Shown here: one piece after another, positions 16,828 to 25,981 of the stretch
Layout of the letters: every line of letters begins with the position of its first letter
How positions within the stretch are numbered: the first letter of the stretch is position 1
NCBI GenBank assembly: GCA_029261475.1
Contig: JAJDBG010000039.1
Location: 20,271-84,270, forward strand
DNA length: 64,000 nt
Source of the DNA: Nitrospinaceae bacterium
Lineage (GTDB): Bacteria; Nitrospinota; Nitrospinia; Nitrospinales; VA-1
Direction of reading: 5' to 3'
Notes under the pieces: generated by a model
Told to the model about the DNA's origin: nothing
The model's input: only the letters and a program-made list of their open reading frames with translations
Database searches by the model: none
Translations under genes and position numbers: made by a program

Positions 16828-17949
16828 ATGTCCCTATTGAAACGGTATGTCTTAACTAAATTCATCTGGACTTATTTAGTGACAGCACTCGGATTGATCT
16901 CTATATTTCTCGTCATCGATTTCTTTGAACGCTTTGATGAGTTTTTCTCTCGCAATGCGCCAACATCCGACCTGCTTTTGTTTTATTGGTACCGTATCCC
17001 GCATATCACTTTTTACATGGCCCCTCAGGCGGTATTGCTGGCAACCGCCATCACCTTATCAACCCTGGCCCGTGACAATGAAGTGACCGCCATGCGCGCC
17101 TGCGGCATAGGCATCACCGGCATCACTCTACCCATCATTGGCGCATCGGCAGTGATCGCTCTACTGGTCCTGGCCTGTAATGAATACGTACGACCTCAGG
17201 CCAGTAAAAAAATGAACCATATTTTCTACGTCAAAGTTCGTCAAAAAATGCAATACGGTGCCGTGCAAACAGACCAGATATGGCTCAAATCCAAATACGG
17301 CGCGATCTGGAACGTTGATCGCTACGATCCAGAACAGAACCAGATGTTTCAGGTCCGCATCTTCCTCACAGACGAGCACAACGTCATAAAAAAGCGCATT
17401 GATGCAAAAGAGGCCAAGTGGGTCGAAAACAAATGGAAGTTTAAAAACGGCTCGTACCGGACCTTTAATGAGGGAGGATTGCATAAAACGGAATATTTTA
17501 ACGACCGATTTTTTCCGCTTCGAGAAATGCCTGAGGACTTTGAAAAAATCCGTATCAAACCGGGGGAATTGAGTCTCAGTGAAATGTATCAATCCATTCA
17601 AACCAAGACAACGGAGGGAAAGGACATGACCGACAAGTGGGTCGATCTGCATTTCAAAATATCCTATCCCTTCATCAGCATCGTATTGGCTTTGCTAGCC
17701 ATTCCCTTATCTTTAAAATCCAGCCGGCACGGCGGTGCCTTGTTTGCTCTCGGTATCAACCTGGCCATGGGATTTTTCTTTTCCTTTATCTACGCTTTGG
17801 GCATATCCCTGGGCCACAGTGGCGCGTTTGGCCCTGCACTTTCAGCCTGGGGACCTAATCTTCTCTTCATGGCATTGGGGTTTTATCTCATGTTAACTTT
17901 GGACAGTGAGCATATTCTCCCTTGGGCCATTGGAAAGAAACGCATATGA
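16828..17949 (+). CDS. LptF/LptG family (YjgP/YjgQ) lipopolysaccharide export permease
   Basis: 373 aa. Three N-terminal TM segments, a periplasmic beta-jellyroll-size loop and three C-terminal TM segments, as in the YjgP/YjgQ layout. Confidence 0.8.
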   Translation: MSLLKRYVLTKFIWTYLVTALGLISIFLVIDFFERFDEFFSRNAPTSDLLLFYWYRIPHITFYMAPQAVLLATAITLSTLARDNEVTAMRACGIGITGITLPIIGASAVIALLVLACNEYVRPQASKKMNHIFYVKVRQKMQYGAVQTDQIWLKSKYGAIWNVDRYDPEQNQMFQVRIFLTDEHNVIKKRIDAKEAKWVENKWKFKNGSYRTFNEGGLHKTEYFNDRFFPLREMPEDFEKIRIKPGELSLSEMYQSIQTKTTEGKDMTDKWVDLHFKISYPFISIVLALLAIPLSLKSSRHGGALFALGINLAMGFFFSFIYALGISLGHSGAFGPALSAWGPNLLFMALGFYLMLTLDSEHILPWAIGKKRI

Positions 17950-18878
17950 ACCATGCCGCCTCTATCGATATCGGCTCCAACACCATTCGTCTGCTGATCG
18001 CTGAAAAAACGCCTGAGGGTGAGTTCCGACAAATGGAATCGGTCCGCGCCATCACCCGACTTGGCGAAGGCATGAATACAGAAAAATTTTTGCGCCCCAA
18101 TCGCATCGAAGCGACGATAGAACAACTGAAGCAATTCAAAGAAGTCCTTAATACTTACGAGCCAATGCCTTTACTGGCTGTTGCTACCAGTGCCGTACGC
18201 GAAGCAAAAAATCAGAATGAGTTCATTGAAAAAGCCCGGCAGGCAGGCATTGATGTTTGCGTTATTTCATGGGAAGAAGAAGCACAACTCACACTCGACG
18301 GGGTTTTCTGGAAAATTCCAGAAGAGGGGAAAAATACTCTGACTTTTGATATAGGTGGAGGCAGTACTGAGTTTATTTTGTCGCGAGGCAAGGAGGTAAT
18401 ACAAAGCTTTGGTTCTTCCCTCGGCGTCGTGCGGCTCACCGAACGATTCATAAGCACTAGCCCCACCGACCCCAAAGAGTATTCAGCTTTGACTGATTTT
18501 CTGGAACAAGAACTTGCTACAATCCGTGATCGGCTGAACGCTATCACGCCCGAGAGGGTGATCGGCACAGCGGGAACGGTGACCACTCTGGCGGCAATCG
18601 ATAAAAATATTTTCCCTTACGAACCAGAAAAAATTCACCGCGCTACTCTCACACTTGAGCGTATCGATGAAATTCAAGAAGACCTGAAACGCAAAACTCT
18701 GGAAGAACGACTGACCCTCCCCGCTTTGGAAAAAGGCCGGGAAGATTTAATCATCGTCGGAACCGCCATCGTCCTCGCCACTCTCCGCGCATTTGCCTGC
18801 CCCAACCTGACCGTGAGCGAATACAGCCTACGCGAAGGTCTTCTGCTCAAGGCTTTCGCAAGCCCGGCATCGTACTAA
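17946..18878 (+). CDS. Ppx/GppA family phosphatase (N-terminal ASKHA domains only)
   Basis: ASIDIGSNTIRLL and FDIGGGSTEF actin-like ATPase motifs. ATGA overlap with the upstream gene. ORF-track start at 17922 rejected. Confidence 0.85.
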   Translation: MNHAASIDIGSNTIRLLIAEKTPEGEFRQMESVRAITRLGEGMNTEKFLRPNRIEATIEQLKQFKEVLNTYEPMPLLAVATSAVREAKNQNEFIEKARQAGIDVCVISWEEEAQLTLDGVFWKIPEEGKNTLTFDIGGGSTEFILSRGKEVIQSFGSSLGVVRLTERFISTSPTDPKEYSALTDFLEQELATIRDRLNAITPERVIGTAGTVTTLAAIDKNIFPYEPEKIHRATLTLERIDEIQEDLKRKTLEERLTLPALEKGREDLIIVGTAIVLATLRAFACPNLTVSEYSLREGLLLKAFASPASY

Positions 18879-18912
18879 AAGCCAAAATGCAAAAACTTCA
18901 AAGACTGAAGCT

Positions 18913-19383
18913 CTACTTTTCGGCGACGTGATTGGAAAGGATTTCATCCACCTTGTCCATCAAGTCATTGCGTTCCTGGTTGGTGGCATCGATCCCTCGT
19001 TTGACTTTCACTATCTCGGCATCGGGTAAATCGGTGCGGCGTGCTTCATCTTCTAAATGCCATAGCTTGATATTCCGCCATGCAAGCTCACTCACAGCTT
19101 CACCAATTTTTTTGATCGTGTCACTGGATTTAACGTTGCGGTTTTGATAGAGCTTTAATTTTTCGTCTCGGATTTTGACTTTTCCCTCAAGTGCATCGGC
19201 TAAAAATATGTTGGCTTCATCGATCAAATCCTGATTTTGCCGAGCCGCCAAGTCACGTTTTGCTTTGAGCTCTTCGAGTGCAGGGTCACCTGGATCTTTG
19301 GACGCAATGGCTTCATCCATATGCCAAAGACGTAGATTCTTTATAGATACTTTGTCTACCAAACTACCGAGTGTTTCCGCCAT
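18913..19383 (-). CDS. Hypothetical helical protein with an internal two-fold repeat (possibly DUF4254-like)
   Basis: 156 aa. Two halves each carry [IV]xNx[RK]LWHxxDEA followed by a conserved acidic helix. The DUF4254 assignment is from memory only. Confidence 0.55.
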   Translation of the reverse strand: MAETLGSLVDKVSIKNLRLWHMDEAIASKDPGDPALEELKAKRDLAARQNQDLIDEANIFLADALEGKVKIRDEKLKLYQNRNVKSSDTIKKIGEAVSELAWRNIKLWHLEDEARRTDLPDAEIVKVKRGIDATNQERNDLMDKVDEILSNHVAEK

Positions 19384-19555
19384 TTTTTTTCCTGTAAAAA
19401 AGGTGAGTGCATGAAAGTTTTTTGTTCTACCGATTTCAAACGCCCCTACGCTAACACATTGAGGAAAGTGTCTTCAAGTTCTTTCCTGAGGCATTGCAAC
19501 TTTACACCAACGATTGATTGAATGATTTTAAAACCAGTTGATTACGAATAGATTT

Positions 19556-20188
19556 TCAACATTTCCGTAACAAATATATTCCGTCGCGAACGGTTAGGAG
19601 TACTTGTTCAACACGTGAATCGTTTTTCACCGTCTGATTGAAATTATGAATGGCATGATCGGAGTCGTCTTTCGGATCGAGCACTCGCCCACTCCACAGA
19701 ACATTGTCTACGGCAATCAATCCACCCGAACGAATCAAGGACAATACTTTTTCGTAATAGTTTTTATAATTTACTTTGTCTGCATCTATGAATGCCATGT
19801 CGAACGAACCGCTCAAGGTGTTTAAAGTTTCGGTCGCGGGTCCTTCCAGCAATGTGATTTTTTTTCCGTGCTCACTTTCAGCAAAAAACCGTTTTGCAAA
19901 AGCAATCGCAGGGGGGTCCAGGTCGCAGGTGAACAACTCCCCATCTTCAGGCAGTGCAGAAGCCATCGACAGAGTTGCGTAACCACCAAAAGTCCCAACT
20001 TCAATGATACGTCGGGCGGATATTAATTTCGCCAGCAAACGCAGAAGTTGGCCTTCGATTCTCCCGGTACACATCTGCGGGATTTCCAAATTCTCGTAAG
20101 TCTCCTTCTCCAAACGGTTCAGAAGGTCGCCCTCGTAGCGAGTGTGTTCAAAGGCATAATTTTCAATTTTTTCATCCAGAAAATCCAT
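19556..20188 (-). CDS. Class I SAM-dependent O-methyltransferase (caffeoyl-CoA OMT / YrrM-like)
   Basis: 210 aa. EVGTFGGYATL SAM-binding motif and FIDADKVNY motif. Confidence 0.85.
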   Translation of the reverse strand: MDFLDEKIENYAFEHTRYEGDLLNRLEKETYENLEIPQMCTGRIEGQLLRLLAKLISARRIIEVGTFGGYATLSMASALPEDGELFTCDLDPPAIAFAKRFFAESEHGKKITLLEGPATETLNTLSGSFDMAFIDADKVNYKNYYEKVLSLIRSGGLIAVDNVLWSGRVLDPKDDSDHAIHNFNQTVKNDSRVEQVLLTVRDGIYLLRKC

Positions 20189-20216
20189 AGTATATCCTCA
20201 AGGTCTTTATGTTCAT

Positions 20217-20858
20217 TCAGGTGATTTTTTCATCCAAACTCCTCCAACAATACCACACAGCCACGGTTTGAAAAGGTTCCCATTGCTCGCCAAACTCGAG
20301 GATGACTTTTCGCGTTGGCATTTCAGACAGTGAATACAATTTCTTGATCCCTTTTTGAACTCCCAAGTCGTCAGCAGGAAGAACGTTCAAACGATTTAAA
20401 GAGAATATGAGAAACATTTCGGCGGTCCAACGACCGATTCCTTTGACCGCAGTCAAACCCTGGACGATCTCTTCATTGCTCTGATGAATCAAACGGCGAG
20501 GACGAATGACCTTGTTTTCAAAATTCAGGCTGAGATCTTTAAGGTATGTGATTTTTTGACGCGAAAGCCCTACACTTCTCAATTCTTCTTCTGGAATAGC
20601 TTGCGTCACAGAGGGGCTTGGACGACGACGCGGAAACAACGCGCAAAACCTGCCATGAATCGTCTCAGCCGCCTTGGTTGAAATTTGTTGAGCCACAATC
20701 GCTCGACATAGAGTTTGAAAATAATTTCTGTTACGCTTGAGCTTGAAAGGGCCGATGCCTTCGATGGCTTGTGCCATCACAGGATCTCGATCTCGAAAAT
20801 GGGAAACGAGCTTTTTATACGATGGGATCGCCGTTGCCGTGGAAGGTTTTTGAATCAT
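20217..20858 (-). CDS. DNA-3-methyladenine glycosylase II family (HhH-GPD, AlkA-like)
   Basis: 213 aa. HhH-GPD region VKGIGRWTAEMFLIFSLNRLNVLPADDLGV. Confidence 0.8.
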   Translation of the reverse strand: MIQKPSTATAIPSYKKLVSHFRDRDPVMAQAIEGIGPFKLKRNRNYFQTLCRAIVAQQISTKAAETIHGRFCALFPRRRPSPSVTQAIPEEELRSVGLSRQKITYLKDLSLNFENKVIRPRRLIHQSNEEIVQGLTAVKGIGRWTAEMFLIFSLNRLNVLPADDLGVQKGIKKLYSLSEMPTRKVILEFGEQWEPFQTVAVWYCWRSLDEKIT

Positions 20859-20896
20859 AGGAGAGGTCGATCAAAAACTTTGAGGGTAAAAATTTT

Positions 20897-21709
20897 TCAG
20901 TCTATGTGCAAAGCACGAAGCTTTTTAAGATACGGTGAGGCTTTGATGACTTCTGCCGCACTTTCCGAAATTCCATTGCCATACAAATCAATCGAAACGA
21001 CATTCTCCAAAACTTTGCTTTCGGCCAATATCTCGCAAGCGGAATCGCCCAGCCGGTTGTTATCCAGCGACCAGGTCGTGACAGTCCTCATCACATCGGA
21101 TTGGCACAAAGATTTCAACCCTTCCAAGCCAATCCGCGTTCCTTGAAGATACAGCTCACGCAAATCCCTCCAGCAGGAAGATTCTGCAAGGGCAAGGGCA
21201 CCGTCGGGCCCCAATGGATTTTCTTTCAAATACAAAAGTTGAAGTTTTGATAAGGTTTCCGAATTTCCCAAAGAACGAATGCCGTCCGCATTGATCGAAT
21301 TATTTTGAAGATAGAGCTTGTTCAAATTGGAAAGGGTTTTCGATGCCGCTAAATGATCGGCAGAAAAAGCCGTCAGTTTATTGCCCTTTAAAGACAATAA
21401 GGTCAATTGTGAAAAAGACTCTGATCCGGCTAGAAATTGAACACCCGCATCGCCAAATTCATTATTATCCAAATGCAATTCCACCACGGAACGGATTTTC
21501 CCGAACTGGGCCATATCATCCAATTCTTCGAGGATGACTTCCTTGTCGATCACTTGCATTTTATATTGCGGGCCACCATCGCCAGAGTCGACATACATTG
21601 CCTCTTCACTAACGACCATAGCCGTGTCGTCCCCGTATTCGGGAATAATGAGAGTCATGCTATTTTCCAGAAGGCTTTCGAATAGAGAGCTGGGCATCTT
21701 TATATCCAA
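20897..21709 (-). CDS. Cytoplasmic leucine-rich-repeat protein, ribonuclease-inhibitor (RNI)-type repeats (LRR-A)
   Basis: 270 aa with no signal peptide. About 7 repeats of 24-29 aa, LxxLxLxxNxIGxxGxxxLxxS. The start overlaps the aroK stop (alternative ATG at 21697). Confidence 0.8.
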   Translation of the reverse strand: MDIKMPSSLFESLLENSMTLIIPEYGDDTAMVVSEEAMYVDSGDGGPQYKMQVIDKEVILEELDDMAQFGKIRSVVELHLDNNEFGDAGVQFLAGSESFSQLTLLSLKGNKLTAFSADHLAASKTLSNLNKLYLQNNSINADGIRSLGNSETLSKLQLLYLKENPLGPDGALALAESSCWRDLRELYLQGTRIGLEGLKSLCQSDVMRTVTTWSLDNNRLGDSACEILAESKVLENVVSIDLYGNGISESAAEVIKASPYLKKLRALHID

Positions 21710-22221
21710 GAATTACGTTTAGAATATTCCACAATTTTCCCTACCGTAACATGAGGAGCAACCCGAGTGGTGTCACAAATTAAATCCGCCGCATTTTGGT
21801 ACTTTTCTTCCCTGTCAGCGAGAATTTTTTTTTGCTCTTCCTCAAATGTCAATCCTTCCAAAAGTCTGGGACGATTGGGATCTTGTCGAATTCGCTTGAT
21901 GATTGTTTCAATTTCCGCCGTTAACAAAATACATTTTCCTGTTTTCTTTAATTCGATCATATTTTGATCGTCTAAAGGAACCCCGCCTCCACAATCAATG
22001 ATCCCGTTCTGCGTGCTACTGGAAATACTTTTTATCACCTCTGATTCTATTTGTCGAAAGCCTGGCCACCCGACTTCTTTTACAATCTCGGGAATACTTT
22101 TCCCGGCTTGCATGACAATCATCTTATCGGAACTGATTGCTTTGCGTTGCAGTCGGCGCGATAACAAACGTGAAATGGAGGATTTGCCAGTACCGCGATA
22201 ACCTATCAATATGATATTCAT
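21700..22221 (-). CDS. aroK: Shikimate kinase
   Basis: 173 aa. P-loop GYRGTGKSS and GGG motif IDCGGGVPL. Confidence 0.9.
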   Translation of the reverse strand: MNIILIGYRGTGKSSISRLLSRRLQRKAISSDKMIVMQAGKSIPEIVKEVGWPGFRQIESEVIKSISSSTQNGIIDCGGGVPLDDQNMIELKKTGKCILLTAEIETIIKRIRQDPNRPRLLEGLTFEEEQKKILADREEKYQNAADLICDTTRVAPHVTVGKIVEYSKRNSWI

Positions 22222-22342
22222 GAATTCGGATTGGATTTAAAATGTTTCGTGGTATTCTGATAGCGAAATAATAGCCTAAGTTGAAATAAAATGGAACTTT
22301 TGGCTTTCCGCTTTCCCAATCACAGTAAAAAAGGGACTTATC

Positions 22343-22810
22343 GTGAAAAAAATTTCAACTGTACTACTAGCAGCAGCAATCACTTTTTTCGTTTCCTGTA
22401 ATAACGTGTGGGCAGAAGATGACGAAGTCGTAAAATCATTAAAAATAAAGTGTGAAGATGGTGTCGCCAGAGCCTGCTATCTACTGGGCCAGCGTTACCG
22501 TACTGTCGACATGGATAACGATACCGCACTGGCTTTCTACATCAAAGCCTGTGATAAAGGCGATATGGACGGTTGCAACATTGGCGGCATTTTGACCCAA
22601 CAAAAGGGTTTGCAAAACAGTAAGTACTGGAAAGACGCATTTAAACTTTATATCAAAGCTTGCGAAGCCAAAAATGATAGTGCCTGCGCTAATATTGGTT
22701 CCCTAAAATACAGGGAAGGTCGTCAAAAAGCGGCAATTAAATACTACAAAATGGCTTGCGATATGGGCAATATTGTTGGATGCAATAACACGCAACGGCT
22801 CAAGCGCTAA
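22343..22810 (+). CDS. Secreted Sel1-repeat, Hcp-like cysteine-rich protein
   Basis: GTG start and signal peptide. Four ~36-aa repeats with paired Cys (ACxxGxxxGCxxxG). Confidence 0.8.
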   Translation: MKKISTVLLAAAITFFVSCNNVWAEDDEVVKSLKIKCEDGVARACYLLGQRYRTVDMDNDTALAFYIKACDKGDMDGCNIGGILTQQKGLQNSKYWKDAFKLYIKACEAKNDSACANIGSLKYREGRQKAAIKYYKMACDMGNIVGCNNTQRLKR

Positions 22811-22826
22811 AGGTTATGATCTTTTT

Positions 22827-23486
22827 ATGAACGAAAAAATTAAAAACTGGGAGCAGTTGGTAAACGACGGCGGGAACTACGGCGGCAAAGGACTTGATAT
22901 GTCGCCTTGGGAAAAAATCGTTTACGAGAATATAAAAGATAAAACCATACTCAAAATTCAGGACGGATACACTTTTGTTAAAACCGGAAAGCTTGAAGAG
23001 GGGCACGGGCTCAAGGTTGCCGAACTGATTGCTTCTTTCGAACCACTCAATGGCGTTACAACTTTAATCGTTACCCACAACGATCTCGGTCCTGAGGGAG
23101 CTCGTATTTTGAGCCAGTCAAAAGTTTTCCCTCAGATAACCTATCTGCACCTGGGATCGAATAACCTGGGCGATGAGGGTGCAAAAATCATTGCAGAAGC
23201 CAAGTTATTCTCCGAGATTAAATTTCTGAATCTGGAATGCAACGGCATCACCGCAGAAGGTGCCAAGGCATTAGCAGAATCGCCTTGGCTTCGTCAGATA
23301 GAATCTTTAAATATGGTAGACAATCGGATTGGCAATGAAGGAGCACTGGCTCTCGCCAATTCAGATGTATTCTCCAACCTGACTTATCTTCACTTGGGTG
23401 GCAACCGGGTGAAAGACCCAGCGGTCAAAGCCGCTCTTAGGGAATCGCCCAATCTATCCAAACTAGAAACGCTCAAAGTCTTTTAA
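22827..23486 (+). CDS. Cytoplasmic RNI-type leucine-rich-repeat protein (LRR-B)
   Basis: ATG at 22827, 17 nt after the Sel1 gene stop. Repeats include LHLGSNNLGDEGAKIIAEA, LNLECNGITAEGAKALAES and LNMVDNRIGNEGALALANS. No signal peptide. Confidence 0.8.
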   Translation: MNEKIKNWEQLVNDGGNYGGKGLDMSPWEKIVYENIKDKTILKIQDGYTFVKTGKLEEGHGLKVAELIASFEPLNGVTTLIVTHNDLGPEGARILSQSKVFPQITYLHLGSNNLGDEGAKIIAEAKLFSEIKFLNLECNGITAEGAKALAESPWLRQIESLNMVDNRIGNEGALALANSDVFSNLTYLHLGGNRVKDPAVKAALRESPNLSKLETLKVF

Positions 23487-23678
23487 AAGAAAAACTCAAC
23501 ACGACGCTCACTGGAGAGCACCGGGAACAGATATATCTTCACGAATCACATCCTGAGTTTCGCTCTGAATGTCGATTTTGATGTCGAGTTCCACGTCGTT
23601 GAGCACATCAAACATGGCAATTTCCTCTACTGACAAAGCCGACGGCTTCGAAGGTGCTTGATCGCCATGAACCTCGGT

Positions 23679-24266
23679 TTATTGCATACTAGACACATAA
23701 ATACCTTTTTTTCCAGATTCTTGGGGATTTATAACTTTTAGCTTGCCGTCCTGAACCATAAAGACACTCTGTCCTTCATGAATTTCGGCAGAAAAAACTT
23801 TCCCCTTAAATCCCGCGACAGAAGATTTTGCTTTGACTACATAATGCCCGCCTTTTTTTGCTTTTTGCACAACGTTGAAAATCTTTCCAGAAATCAAATC
23901 GATTTGAACATGGTGTTTCCCTTCTTTCGATTTTACCGATGCCTTGACCGCTGAGTCTGGCAATAACCGTACACGACTTCCATTGAACAAAATAATATCG
24001 GTTTCTGAATTTGGGCCAACGGTTTTGATGATTTGCCCTGGCTTGATGGATAGTCCATCTTTTCCATGAGCCAAAGGAGATCCATCTTTATTAAGCACAA
24101 CAACCTCGCCATGAACCTTATCTAAAGTGGCAAAGCGGGTCGCTGCTTGTGCTTGCGACAGGTGACCAAAAATCAAAAACAACATTGCCGTTAAGAAAAA
24201 GAAATGTACAAATTTTACTGGCACAGAAATTGAGGCTTTAGCTAAACATATATTTTTTCGCCGCAT
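23679..24266 (-). CDS. FecR-domain protein with N-terminal signal/anchor
   Basis: The ATG at 24266 has GGAG 7 nt upstream (the ORF-track TTG at 24278 is less likely). Hydrophobic N-terminus, then a FecR-like beta-rich domain (GEVVVLNKDG...IKPGQIIKT...VAGFKGKVFSAEI). Confidence 0.65.
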   Translation of the reverse strand: MRRKNICLAKASISVPVKFVHFFFLTAMLFLIFGHLSQAQAATRFATLDKVHGEVVVLNKDGSPLAHGKDGLSIKPGQIIKTVGPNSETDIILFNGSRVRLLPDSAVKASVKSKEGKHHVQIDLISGKIFNVVQKAKKGGHYVVKAKSSVAGFKGKVFSAEIHEGQSVFMVQDGKLKVINPQESGKKGIYVSSMQ

Positions 24267-24349
24267 GAAAATCTCCAATATTTTTTTAAAAGACTATTGC
24301 CTACATTTGACGAATAACCTCTTAAGCAAAGGTCGCTTGCAAGCAACCT

Positions 24350-25324
24350 CTAGAGTTTTCGTAAATCCCCCGCATGCTCTTGTGAAAGCTCAGGATCTTC
24401 CGGACGAAGTAATTCCGGTCTGGAATAATTCACAATTCCCGGTGTGATTTCTACGCCCTCTTGTAAAAATAGTGTTTTCAAATTGATCAAAGTTTTGGTG
24501 TCATGGACTGCCTGTGCGCCCTCTTTCCCAAACTGATTGCGTCCCAGAAACAGGTGCTCCAAATTATTCAAAGTAGTAGATTCGCCCAAAGTTTTCAGAC
24601 CTGGATCGCCGATCAAATTTTGAGAAAGCCGCAAACTCTTCAATTTCGATAATTTCGGTGAGCTTGCTAATAATTGAACGGCGGCGTCATCTAATTGATT
24701 GGAAGAAAAATTTATCTCCTCCAAATTTTCAGCCACTTTGCCGCTCAACAAGCCCTTGATGCCTTCCAAACTGATGTAACCGCGTTCAAGCTCCAGTCGT
24801 TTTAGCGATGTCAGAGTCGTCGTCTCTCCCAACGCCAAGGCAGTGTCATCCCCGATTTCATTCCAGCCGATATCCAATTGTTCCAACTTTGAAAAGTGTT
24901 TGGACATTACCAAAGCTCGGCCTCCGGCATCGGTCAAATTATTTTCAGACAAGGATAGTTTTTTAAGCTGTGTGACAAGGATGGATTCAGAATCCACAAC
25001 GGCCTTTATCCCCTCATCAGAAATATAATTTATATCCAGGTACAATTCTTGAAGATTTTTCAAAACAGGAGACTCCAGCAAGGCTTTCAAACCCTGGTCA
25101 CTGATCTGATTATCTTTCAGGTTTAGAACCTTTACGTCTCGAAGCAATTCTAGCTCCGCGATGATTCCTGCTGACTCGTCGGCATAATACTTCCCGGTCA
25201 AAGAAATTGAGTCCGGGTCTTTTTCCAATTCTTTGCGAACCGTATCCTCCAGCAATGCTCTCTTCTCTTCGACAGAAGGCTCAGACGATTCGTATTCGGC
25301 CTCGCCACCTCTGATTATCCCCAT
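24350..25324 (-). CDS. Cytoplasmic RNI-type leucine-rich-repeat protein (LRR-C)
   Basis: 324 aa with no signal peptide. About 9 repeats of ~28 aa (LNLKDNQISDQGLKALLES, LSLSENNLTDAGGRALVMS, LRLSQNLIGDPGLKTLGES...). Confidence 0.8.
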   Translation of the reverse strand: MGIIRGGEAEYESSEPSVEEKRALLEDTVRKELEKDPDSISLTGKYYADESAGIIAELELLRDVKVLNLKDNQISDQGLKALLESPVLKNLQELYLDINYISDEGIKAVVDSESILVTQLKKLSLSENNLTDAGGRALVMSKHFSKLEQLDIGWNEIGDDTALALGETTTLTSLKRLELERGYISLEGIKGLLSGKVAENLEEINFSSNQLDDAAVQLLASSPKLSKLKSLRLSQNLIGDPGLKTLGESTTLNNLEHLFLGRNQFGKEGAQAVHDTKTLINLKTLFLQEGVEITPGIVNYSRPELLRPEDPELSQEHAGDLRKL

Positions 25325-25593
25325 TAAAAAACTCCTAATTAAAGACCATGACTAAAGTAACTGATATCAAATGATTATAACCGATATTCTATAATCAATA
25401 ACAAAGCTTCTCAAATGAATTCACAGTTGTATATATCAACTCTACTAAGCAGTCGTGAGAATACCTCACGCTCACAAGATATTATTAAAATTAATTAATC
25501 ATGCATTAACGATAATTTAATTATCTCAAGATTATACTCTCTTTAATTAAAGAAACAGACGTATTGAATATTTACAGGAACTGGAGGCGTTTA

Positions 25594-25860
25594 ATGACAA
25601 GCTTTGAAACTTTGGATATACGCGGACAATCTTATTTTACTGGTTTTGAACAAGCCTCTAAGGCTTTCAGAAGAATCAAAAAAAATGGTGTGCTCGAAAT
25701 CATTCTAGATCAACGAAAAAACCTAACGGAAGCCTTCAAAACTTGGGCGAAGTCCAAAGGTTATAAAATTTCTGATATCGATGTGGGGCACGAAATGGTA
25801 CGTCTTTTCATCAAAAAAGGCGGTAGTGCTCTAGGCGATAAAACCGCCAAATTCAGATAA
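25594..25860 (+). CDS. TusA/SirA-fold small protein lacking the catalytic Cys-Pro motif
   Basis: The ATG at 25594 has GGAGG 7 nt upstream. The pattern LDIRGQSYF...GVLEIILDQ...LFIKKG parallels TusA (LDxRGLxCP...), but Cys-Pro is replaced. Confidence 0.5.
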   Translation: MTSFETLDIRGQSYFTGFEQASKAFRRIKKNGVLEIILDQRKNLTEAFKTWAKSKGYKISDIDVGHEMVRLFIKKGGSALGDKTAKFR

Positions 25861-25981
25861 GAGTAAATAATAATCCCGGTCTTTCCAAATCCTTCATTTC
25901 GAGACCAAAGCCTCTCCGAGTGTTGCGTCCCCTCTTTTGGGAGGCCGGTGTTATTATCCCTTCTTCCCCTCAGAATCCGAA

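Noticed and set aside
22222-22342. Sigma54-like TGGAAC-TTTTG-GCTT upstream of the Sel1-repeat gene
   Set aside because: The GC of the -12 element is displaced by 2 nt relative to the GG, so it does not fit the strict -24/-12 spacing.
23508-23615. Lanthipeptide precursor interpretation of the 35-aa acidic ORF (FDLD-like box)
   Set aside because: The peptide has no Cys and almost no Ser/Thr core. No LanB, LanC or LanM-type genes are nearby.
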